A stretch of DNA of 64,000 nucleotides, from positions 310,001 to 374,000 of the forward strand of contig MCFH01000030.1 in the NCBI GenBank assembly GCA_002104945.1, given 5' to 3'. The notes under the pieces are model-generated. The model did no database searches, was not told where the DNA came from, and saw only the letters and a list, made by a program, of their open reading frames with translations. The translations under genes and the position numbers were made by a program. Below are positions 25,786-37,211 of the stretch, piece by piece. Positions within the stretch are counted from its first letter, which is position 1. The number at the start of each line of letters is the position of its first letter. This DNA is from Piromyces finnis finn (taxonomy: Eukaryota; Fungi; Neocallimastigomycota).

Positions 25786-26981
25786 TTTGAAAAAACTTAT
25801 TATGACAATAGATATTAATAATTTGAAGTATTGATATAATGATATAAATAAGATAATGAAATAAAATATATAGTAAAATAAAAATAATAATAGTAAAGAC
25901 GGATATATTATATAGCAAGTGGATTATTTGTCAAACAATATTTTAAATTTTATAACTGGAAAAGTGGCTAAGTTGTTGACAAACTTAGTTCTAACTCTAC
26001 TGAAGACTTTAAACGGGAAGATAAATTTTGAATATCTATCACTTTGGATTTCTGTATTATAACTGTATTTTGAAAGCTCTTTATATTTATAAGAATTGTA
26101 TAATTTATTGGATGATTATTGTATTGTGTTGATTCTGATTGTTGAAATTGAACATTCATTTAGGTTGTTTATGTTGTAAGGTAGAGAGATAATAAGAGTG
26201 AAAAGTTGTTATATCAAAAATAATGGAAAAAAAGTTGAAGAATTTTGGGTAAACATAATAAAATTTTTTTTTTTTTTTTTTTTTAAAAGATAAAATTGAA
26301 ACAAGAGTAGTATTTACAATATAAAAATAGAATACTCGATTTTCTAGGATAGAAGCTTTGATAATAAAAATGTTAAAAAAAAAAAGGTGTTAATGCTTAC
26401 CATAATAGTCCATAATAAACCTAATTAAGTTATACAGATATATAAATATATATATAATATAAAGTATAAGAAATATATATATATATAGAAAAGAGATAGA
26501 AAAAGTATACAAAAGAATGTTAGTAGAAAAGAGATTCCTTGGAAAATCTAGAGTTACAAAAAAATAAGAAATAAAAAAAGATATTACTAGAATCATATAA
26601 AATCATAAAGGAAAAATAAAAAAGCCGCGCCCCTCGAAAATAATAAAAATAAAAGATTAAATATGATTATAGTAATGAAAGCCGCACCCCACACGAAACT
26701 CAAGAATAAATGAAAGGAATAACAAACTAACTGAAAAAACAAAACTATCTGACTAATCAACATATAAAGAATAAAAAAGGAATAAAAGAACAAAGAGAAT
26801 AAGTAGTAAACTGGGATAACAAATTATCGATGAAAGCTAAAATAAAAATGAAATCAAGAAATATTCAAAATCAGTATTTAATACTACCGAATCAAACAAT
26901 TTTAAGTTTAAAATAATATGTTATAAAAGCTGTTAAAGCAACTACTATCTAAAAAATAAGTTGAAGGTGTAAGGGATATAT

Positions 26982-27240
26982 GATATAACAACTAACACTC
27001 AAATTATCGACTCTGTTCGCTCAGTACCATGAGCTTAGTCCTAATAATATTTCCAAATAAAGACTAACCAAGCATCCATTGCGCAATACTTGGATTTAAT
27101 TCTTTCTACTCTCTCAGTACCATGAGCATGAGTAAACCCCCTTGAGAAACTACATTTATTAAATAAATGAAGGCACGTACCCAAGAGGGTGATATAACAA
27201 CTAACACTCAAATTATCGACTCTGTTCGCTCAGTACCATG

Positions 27241-27277
<37 letters not shown>

Positions 27278-28892
27278 GGCATCAAATATTTTAAACTTTA
27301 TTATTAATTTAATTAAAATTATAATACATGTAATAAAAAATTAAAAAATAAAAATAAAAATAAAAAAAATATGTTTAAATAAACACAAATGAATAAAAAT
27401 TGGGTATAATGTATTCTAGTAATTTTAATTAAAGTAAGAAAGCCACTATCATACTAAAGTATAATAATTGTATTTGACTTCCAATGGGACACCGAGCCAA
27501 AGATCAAAATTTTGTCATGGAACAAAATTATGATCTCCATTGGTTGCGCTGGCCCTCCTGGCCTGTCTTACTGTTTCTTCAGCATTGACGCTCTTGGATG
27601 TTGCTTCAAACCTTTTGAACATTGACCATTTCTGGCCAATAGCAAAAGGCATGATTTTGGTTAGAAGTTCCGCTGTTACCGTCAAGAATGGTGATCCTTC
27701 ATTAGTACCAGATTGAATCTGACGCTTACAAAGTTCTTTCCATTCCCTTGAATTGTAATTAATATTGTTAAAACTTCTTCCCCCAAGAAGGAATTTAAAT
27801 ATTTTACTGCACACACTAGAATAATCATACACATTAATATTCACCGGATTATTAGAACTATTACTATCATTAACTAAATTACTATCTAAATTAGAATTAT
27901 TATCTTCACTATTGCTATCATTACTAATATTATTATTTCTATTATTGTTATTATTACTATTGTTACTATTACTATTGTTACTATTACTATTGTTATTACT
28001 ACTATTGTTACTATTACTATTAATATTATTACTATCTCTACTGATATTATCAATTTCATTATTATTGATAGGACTATTGGAATTACGTTGACTGAAAAAA
28101 TTTAATAGCTGGACTATGGAATCATAATGTTTAATACGGATATCTCTAAATGTTGGACAATCTAATAACCAATGTTTAATACTTTGATCTCCACACTTGC
28201 AACATGGACAGTAGTTAGGACAAACTGGATCAACAAATTTAGCAGCTTTGGCAACTCTAGCATCCAACTTATATCCGCTTCTTGTTTTCAATAGCCAGTA
28301 GAAGCCATAGGCAAACTCTGGGTACTCATAACATAATTTAATAAAATCTTTAGTTTCAATAAAATTATTATCATCATAATATTGCGCTTTGATTGAATTC
28401 CCTTTGAGATCTTTCCAATAAAAGTTTTTAACTGCTTTAACATCTCCATGCTTCTTTAGTTTTTTTTCAAGTGTCCTACTTGATTTGCACCACGTGTATT
28501 TTCTAAATTTAGGAATGTAATTGACAAGGTGTGAGATAATACAATTTGAGTTTTTCCATTTGTTAAAACATCTAACCTGAGCTAACGCACATTTGGCTGA
28601 CAATGGAGGAATATTCAAATCTTTTGAGATAGAGTATAAAGATATAAACGATACAGCTTTATGAACTCCGGCAACCCATCGTATTCCTTTGTTAACATGC
28701 TTCTGAGCAATCCTAGACCTAGCTTTGTTGGATCCAAGTAATGGTGCAAAGTATGAAGTACCATGAGCTTAGTCCTAATAAAATTCCCTTAAAGACTAAC
28801 CAAGCATCCATTGCGCAATACTTGGATTTAATTCTTTCTACTCTCTCAGTACCATGAGCATTAAATAAATGAAGGCACGTTCCCAAGAGGGG
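26982..28892 (-). repeat. Two tandem ~180-210-bp monomers at the 5' end of LINE B (the outer one is split by the nested A copy)
   Basis: 26982-27189 is repeated as 27190-27245 + 28771-28892 (gatat..caactaacactc...gaaggcacgtwcccaagaggg). They differ mainly by a ~30-bp indel. Confidence 0.9.
27246..28757 (-). mobile_element. Young 5'-truncated family-A LINE nested in the B 5' monomer
   Basis: A 13-bp TSD gtaccatgagctt sits at 27233-27245 and 28758-28770. Poly(T)+aacggcatc 3' end. Near-identical to the other young A copies. Confidence 0.93.
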
Positions 28893-29381
28893 TAGCCTTA
28901 AATAATAAATATAAAATTTTTAATAAATTGTAAACTCTTACCTCTAATTCCTAAACAATCTATAAAAAAAAAAAAAAAAAAAAAGATTGTACAACTCAGA
29001 ATTAATTATAAAGTATAAATTAATTTATACTTTATAATATATACATTAATAATATTAATATATGATATTATTCATTATTCATACATTGAATATTTTTAAA
29101 TTTTTTTTAATTTTTTATTTTTTAACTTTTCAAATATACAAAAAATTCTAATTTTTTATTTATCTTGTATTATATTTTTTTTATATTCTATTTATCTATT
29201 AATATTTTATCTATTAATATTTTATAATTATATATATATATAACTAAGTCTATTCTATATAGTCTATAATAATATTTAATATTTTAATATTTTATTTAGC
29301 AAATTACGTTTGTTCTTTTTTAATTTTATTAACTTAAAAATGGAACCGTAAATGAGACTAAATTTTTTTAACTAATTTATC

Positions 29382-31287
29382 TTAACAACTTTCCTTAATA
29401 CTGCACCATTGACCGTTACTAATACCCCAGTTACCAATTTGATCAGTACTAATAACATTACAATTGTCACAACAGTTGTAACCATAAATTTTTCCTGGGC
29501 ATTCGCTCTTTGGGCAGTTGTTTGGAATACCACACCATGAATTATTTTCAATACCCCAGGCACCATCATTATCCTTATAAATTGGATAAGTAGTACACTT
29601 ACAGCATGGGTAGTTTAATTTTTTAGACCAACATTGTTCAGTTTGTTCAATTTGTTGTGGTTTCTTGTCCTTTTGTTCCTTAATAAACTTATTTACACCT
29701 AAAACTGGAGCACTGTCATCAGCATAACTTGGATTTGGACTGTATTGTTGAATAGCATATTGTTGACCTCTGACAACTTCTCTAACCTTTTCACCAATTA
29801 AAACTCTTTCGTAGGTAAAAGTATATGGTAAAACAACTGGTTCTGGTCTTGGTTCAATAAGTTTATGGTTTTTGTCAATACCGTAATAGTTAGCAATAAA
29901 ATTGTAGTGACGAACAATCCAATCCTTAAGACCATAACCCTTAAAACCATAATCATCATTGAAAATATAAGTATATTCAGAATTTAAGTAGAAATGTTCA
30001 TAGTTGTATCTGGAATTCTTACCAAGTTTATTGATCATACCAGCATTGAGTTCCTTATCCTTTTTAACATATGGATCAATTAAACTTCTAACAGTATTAA
30101 TACGAGTGAGTAAGGTATCTGGATTAAAGACTTTACTAACAATATCACCAACTAATTGACGGAAAACAGTATCATCATCATGAACTAAAATCTTAAGAAT
30201 TGGATGATTTAATTCAAAATCTTTAAATGAAACGTTGGCAAATTCAATTTCATCAATACTGCTAAATGGCTTATCTGGGAAGAAAGCGGTCCAAATATCA
30301 GAACCCATATCAACATCATGGTCATATGGAATATAAACCCAAATACCATTTGGTTGTTGGTACCAATAGAAATTGTGACAGAAGTTACCTAAGTAATGAT
30401 CCCAAGTACCAACAATCCATTCAAAAGCCATATACTTTAAGAAATTGTCAACATCCATAATTTTTTCTAAATCAGATCTAGTTTTAGCAGCTTGAACTTG
30501 ATCAATGAATTTGTGGAATGGTTCCATATAATCTAAGAAATCTTCATTAGCATTGACACACTTATCTTTTGTAGTTGGGTCATCTAATCTGGAACCATCT
30601 TCTTTACATTGATATAAAGTTTTTATGTCTTCTCTTTCGTCACCAAACTTTCTTCTAATCCATTTTCCCTTAACAGCATCCGAAACAACATAAATACCCA
30701 TATATTGATCATTTACATATAATTCAGTGTAACCAACTTCAACAGCAAGTAAACCACTCTTTTGTAAAATTTCAGTGGTAATCTTTTCACGCATAAGTGA
30801 AGCATCACGATTATCACCTCTTAAACGGAAATTCTTAGTACCATGTAAGGTTTCACCAGAGCCCTTAATTTTAATATTATAACCTGGTTTAATGGTTTCT
30901 CTTGAATATCTACCACCTAATTTGAAGTTAATAATGTATTCTTCTTCAACACTTTATTATATATAATAGATTATAAAAAAAATTAATACATTTAACAGCA
31001 CTTTCATTTAAATTAATTATACAAATATTATAATACTCTAATATTTACCCATCATAAATAAATTTCATTTGAGCTTGTGTTTCGAATGGAGAGCTTTTAC
31101 TAAGATCATTAACTTGAGCTTTTTCGACCATTTCATTCCAAGTGTCATTACCAAGAGTGACACGCATTTCTGGAACTCTGGTTTCCATTATTTCGAAAAG
31201 CTCTGTTCTTTCAATATTATCCCAAAAGGCAGCACTAGCTGATAATGCAAATAATGAAAGGGAAGATAAAATATTTGAGAATTTCAT
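29382..31287 (-). CDS. Secreted CotH-family kinase with two C-terminal fungal dockerins (exons 31287-31049 and 30951-29382)
   Basis: Signal peptide [19 protein letters not shown]. CotH motifs [38 protein letters not shown]. Two Cys-rich dockerins (CWS..LNYPCC...[14 protein letters not shown]; C.....GYNCC....[11 protein letters not shown]). The GT-AG intron splices in frame. Confidence 0.92.
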
Positions 31288-32779
31288 TTTTCTTTTTCTT
31301 AAATTCTTAAAATAATATTTAATTTTTTTATATATATATTTTTTTTTTTAAGAATTATAAAGTTAGTAAAAAGTAGTATTAGAGGATTTTTCTCTTTTTA
31401 TATTTAATAAATAAATTTCCATAAATTGTGGGAAAATTTTCTATAGAAATTAAAAAAAAAAAAAGGAGGTTTAATATAAACTGATACATCAAACTATTGA
31501 TTTTTATTCATAATTCATTTAATGTATGTTTAACTATATATCATAATTTGTGGCTTGAATTGGTTTTATTAGCTATTGACACCTTTTTTTCATTTATAAA
31601 TTTAACAGAAATTAAATTTCAAAACTTTTTTATTTAATAAACTTGCCAATCTTATTAAAAATAAATTAATATATAACTAGATTTATCAAATATTATTTAA
31701 AAAAAAAAAAAAATAAAGTATGATCTACATTAAATGCTACATTCCATTTTATATAAGTTACTTTAAATTTATAAAATTCTTTATCTATAATTGAGGAAAA
31801 GAAACTAGAATTATTATATATTTATATTTTTGAAACAGTTGATAAATAATATTATATCATAATAATAAATATATAAATATTCATACTTTCATATTATTTC
31901 AATTAATAAATAGCATTAATTTTTTTTTTTTAATTTTTTTATTTCCTGAATTTTTTTTTTTTATATTTATGATTTTGCTATAATATGGTAAACCAATAAA
32001 AAAAAAAGCCCATTTTTTCCTTGATTAAATTATATCAAAAAGTGGAACACTTTTTTTTTTCAAAACACACTTCCCCTATTTTTTTTTTTTTCCTATTTAT
32101 TTTTTGTTTTAAAAAAAATATTAATTTAATTTATCCCATAACTAAAGTGAAAATTAAAGGAGGTTTTTTTTTAAAAAAAATTCTAGAATTAATAGTTTGG
32201 TATTTCTTCTTCATTAATTTTAAAAAAGCAAAATACACTTGATTATATATATTATTCTAAATTTTCATAACTTTTTTTTTAAAAAAAAAAAAAATCATTA
32301 TTATCTTTTCCTTATAATAATTACCTTTTTTTTTTTTTAAAAAAATGAAAATGAAAATGAAAATCCTAATAAAAAATATCAGAATCTTTTGATTGGGATT
32401 TTTTCTTTAATAAACTTTAAAAAGAAATTTTAATGAAAGATTAATAATTTGCTATATATTATAATGTATTATTTATATATCAACTACTTTTATCTTAAAA
32501 CAATTTTTTTTGGAAAAAAATTTTTCCTTTTTTTTTTATTATTTGTAAACTTCTATTATATAATTTAATATATGAATCAAAAGGAAAAAAGAAAACTATA
32601 TTTTTATTTTTATAGTTCAAAATAAGTAAAATTTTACTTAGAACTCTTTATATGTAAAATTAAAAGTGATAATTTATTGATTTTTATATATATAAAATTA
32701 ATATTAATAAATAATAAAAACATTCTAAATTTTAAAATAAATAATATTCATTATTAGGTAACTATTTCAATTTTTTGTT

Positions 32780-35700
32780 TTATTCTTCATCACTATCAAC
32801 TACAATATCGGGTAATTCAATATCGGAATCTGAATGTTCTTCTTCTTCCTTATATATATTTTGTACTTTTTTTGGTGATGCTAATGTTTCATTTGATTTT
32901 TCTTTTTCAAGCTTTTCAACTTGATTTTCAGAAACATTCTCAATGACTTCTTGAACATCTTCCTTCATTTTTTTAACTGGAGGACTAATTTCTGGTTGTT
33001 TTACTATAAAATGCTCTTCTTCTGCCTTTTTGTTGTTATTAGTATTGACATTTGCTAATTTAATTTCTTCTGTTTTTTCTGGTTCTTCTATTTCTTCCAT
33101 TTCACTTAACTCTTTGTTTAATTCTTTTTGTTTATTACTAGTTCTATCATCATTCAACTTTTCCTCAGTAAAATCTTCATCCTTTGTACATATTTATATA
33201 ATTATATTAATATATAAAAATATTATAACATATATTACATTTAAAATAAATTTTAAATATTTACCATGTCCATTTCCATTTCATTATTATTTACATTATT
33301 AAATGTCTATTTAAAATAAAAATGAATAAATATTATAAAATAAAATTAATAATAAATAAATAATATATATTAATAATATATATATATAATTACATTGACA
33401 TTGTTTTCATATGAAGATATTATATTTTCCTTTTCCCTAGATTCTACAGCTAGTATATTTAAATAACATATTAATACTAAAAATGGAAAGTGATAAAATA
33501 GAACTTAATTTTTTAATTACCTTTCTTTATAGTTTTTTGAATGGATGATGATTTGTATATAGATGGAAGATATGGATGAATTAATGAATTACATTTTATT
33601 AAAGCATCTTTACAAACTTCTCTAATCTATTATGGATAAAAATAAAAATTAATTTAGCATCTCAATATATAAAATATATTTATTAAATAATAATATAATA
33701 TATGTAGTATTTACTTTTACTGAAAAATCGTTTAATCCTAATGAAAATACTCTAATTGCATATGAAAGACATGGAGATGTTGAATCAGATGAGTATATAA
33801 CAGAATTAACTAAGCAGTTAAAGCATTCCAAAATTAAAGTATTGAATTTTTCTGTACGTTCAAATGTTTTTTGGAATTGTTCGAGTAAAAATTTGATAAT
33901 GCATTCATCAATGTCTAAAGATGCATCTAATTTAAATGCTTTTCTATATATACTTATTGCTTTTAAAACTATTTATAATAATAAATAGATTTAATAAATG
34001 AATAAATTACTTATCCATACATATCAATAATATTAACTATTAATAATATTAACATTAAGCTTACATTGTAATAAAGCAATCAGCTTTTCAATATCATTGA
34101 TTTTAATATCTGATGATGCTGTTAAACCTTTTTCTAATTTACGTTTCTTTGGCTTATTCTTTTGATGTATTATTTAAAAATAGCATTAACAATATAGATT
34201 TATTAAAATATTATTATTCTCTTCATAAATTAGTAGATATATAATGAAATCTTACTTCAACTATAATGCTGGTTTTTTCATCTAATTTATTCAATAAATG
34301 AATATCCTTTAATATTAATGTAAATATTTTTTCTTTAAATTCATTAAAGAAAGATAATTCAAATAAATTAATATAGGATTCCATAATTCGATACAATGAT
34401 ATGGATAAAGTACTTTTTATAATAATAGAAAATGTTTAAATTAGAATATTGGAAAATATACAAAATGATAAAAATTATTTAATATAATTATTATTTACTA
34501 ATTTCTGGAAGCTCTATGAATTAATTTATGCATAATTTCATATAATAATTCTTTGTGTGGAAGAAGTGATTTATTAAAGCTTTTTTATATATAATATATA
34601 GTTTGTTGTATTTTATTTAAAAACAAAATAAAATTAATATCTTATTGAATATAAAATGCTGAATTTAATGTATATAAAATATTATATATATACCAAAAGA
34701 TTAATGAATCTAAATAAACAATAGAACGTTGGATTAACAATGGCATAGAATTGATTAATAAATCAAAATTCTCCTTTTTCACATTTTCTTTTTGCTTTTT
34801 GTAAGAATAATAGAAAGAATTTATTATTTCATTGTATTATTTACATAATGAAAATAAATATTATCATTTATGTAAATTTAATATTATTATTTCTATATTC
34901 AAGATTACATATTATACTTACAATTGATCCTTCAAAAACATTTATTACTCTACATAAAACGTCTAAAAGATTATCAATTGATACACTCTTTATTATTTTG
35001 TTATTGTATTGACTATATTTATCATTATATTTTTTTTATTATATATATTAGCAATTATAAAGAATGAATTCTACACATTATACTTAAATAAATATATTTA
35101 TAATTTACCATAAACATCTTGATAAAGTGTATGTATAAATATTATATCTATTAATTAATTGTTCATTCTTTATCCATTGAGAATCGAAATTTTTTGAAAG
35201 AGCAAATGATGGAAAAGATACATTTATTTTATTTTCTTTATTATTATTATTAATATTATTATTATTATTATAAATAAGAAATAAAATTTTTATATTTTAA
35301 TATTACTTATTTACTATTATATTGATTTTAATATAATTAATATTTTTTATTTACCTTCTTCTACAGAATCTAAAAGCATATCTAATGTTTCATGTAAAGT
35401 ACCAAGTAATTTACTTATAAAATTATCAATAGTATTTGTTTTTTCAACTTTACTTAATGCAACATTATATGAAATTAAAAGCTCAATTACATTTTTTGTG
35501 ATTCTTTCTTCTAAGCCATAATTTCCTTGTAAATATGATAAAAGTATTGTTTCTATTTTATTTTTTAAAGAATTTATACTAAATGGGAATAAATCCATAC
35601 AACGCTTTTGTAAAACAGCAAAATTAATCTATTACCATTTTTTTTAATACATACATTTATAAGGATTAATAAATCACATAAATTTAAATACATATATTAT

Positions 35701-36347
35701 TGCATAATAAAATTAGTATACAGCTTTTCATTCGATTATATAATATTTGTATTAAATAATTAATATTTACCATGTTTTTTGGATCTTTTTCCATCATTAA
35801 AATTATTACTTGTAAAATTTTTGTAACTTGATTATTTAATGATACCGATAATCTTTCAACTTGAAGTTCTTTTGACTTTTGAAGATATTTGAGAAGAATA
35901 TCTATTAATGTTGTTCTATGATGCTCATATTCTGGTTTCTTTATAAGAATTTAATTGATATATTAATTACATAAAAATTAAAATACTATTAAAATAAAAT
36001 TTCATTTAATTTAATATTAATAAAATAATTATCTTTTTTTTTTCTATTACATTCAAAAGTGGTGCAATTCCATTTATCCACAAGCCACAATTCTTTGCAA
36101 ATAAAACTTCTGAATTTTCTGTTATGAGCTCAGATAACTTAAAAGCACCGATTTTTTCATTTATATTTCCATTTCTAATTAAAGAATTTATTTTAATTAT
36201 CCATGGTTGTAAATTTTTTGGGTTTTCTGTTTTAAAAACATTAGTGTTATACAAATAATTGAGAGTATAAACTATATCCTTTTCCCAATGACTTTCACTA
36301 TTGCTGTTGAATATATAATTAAAAACTAATAAAGAATTTTCTTCCAT
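32780..36347 (-). CDS. RIX1: Probable Rix1/PELP1 pre-60S rixosome subunit (multi-exon)
   Basis: N-terminal helical region WIIKINSLIR..EKIGAFKL..LFAKNCGLWING and MDLFPFSINSLKNKIE resemble the RIX1 domain as I recall it. The acidic C-terminus ends SDSDIELPDIVVDSDEE, as in PELP1/Rix1 tails. Confidence 0.65.
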
Positions 36348-37211
36348 TTTAATTTCTTGAAAAAATAAATTATTACTAATAGTATTAAAAAAAAAAAAAA
36401 TAAAAAATAAAAATGGAAAAAATTAAAATTTAAAGATTTAATTCTAACCAATCATTTTATAAAATGAATATAAAATTAAAATTTTTTAATAATTATAATT
36501 TTTGAAGTCTTAACATATAAAATATTAGAGAGTAGTAAAATCTTTAACATACAATATAGTAAATAAAAATATATATAAAACGAAATTGATTTCAAGAATT
36601 TCAAAATCTTTCGAAAGGAAAATGCTATGACAGTCACAAGAAATATTAACTTTACCTATTTGTATTAATTTTTTTTACTATTTATGCTTCTATTATACCC
36701 ACAAAAAGATATTTGTTGCTTTTTTTATTTCTATCTAGAGTATATTTTCTTGTCTTCATTCATTCAACATTGCTTGGTTGTTATTGCCATTGATCTCTAA
36801 TATAATTATTCATTAATGGTCAAAAAAGATATATAATTTAAAGAACCAATTATCAAAATCAAAATTAAGGACCAGTTTAAAATATATTTATATAAATTAT
36901 TATAATATATAACAAATAATTTTTTCATTAATAGATCATACTAATATTAAATCAATATATATATATAAATAAAAACAGCGCCAATTCCACAACTTAAAAA
37001 ATAAATTATTTTTGTTTTTATTATTAATTAAAAAAAATTATTTCCATATTTTTTTTTAATTCATTTTCTTTCTATTATTGTTAAGAATTTTTTTTAGATT
37101 TTATATTTATTTAAAAATTGGTTTTAAATTTAAATTTTATTTGTATAAATTTTTATATTCTATAATAATATTTACATTTAAAAAAAATAACTATAATAAA
37201 TAAGTTTAATT

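Larger units (their letters stand above)
21423..28892 (-). mobile_element. Apparently full-length family-B APE-RT non-LTR retrotransposon (~6 kb excluding the nested A copy)
   Basis: Poly(T)+agactagg at 21422-21444. A 14-bp TSD tagccttaaataat sits at 21409-21422 and 28893-28906, and old-A sequence resumes after it. It contains APE, RT and CCHC coding sequence and 5' tandem monomers. Confidence 0.9.
17816..28962 (-). mobile_element. Old, degraded family-A LINE forming the outer shell of a nest (pieces 17816-17965, 19531-19563, 20334-21422, 28893-28962)
   Basis: Poly(T)+aacggcatc marks the 3' end at 17816. Each piece is a diverged match to the intact A copy at 60295-64000, and the pieces rejoin across the TSDs of the inner insertions. 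It has frameshifts and a ~0.7-kb internal deletion near 21342. No outer TSD found. Confidence 0.8.

Noticed and set aside
26982-27245. Hammerhead, twister or HDV ribozyme assignment for the B monomer
   Set aside because: CTGAGAGA and CTGAGCGAA do not fit CUGANGA with a matching GAAA stem, and I could not build the HDV or twister pseudoknots by eye. Kept only as an unclassified structured element.
28963-28990. TSD for the outer old A copy
   Set aside because: The flanks (aattaagatggaaag versus a poly(A) run then gattgtac) share only aagat; not convincing.
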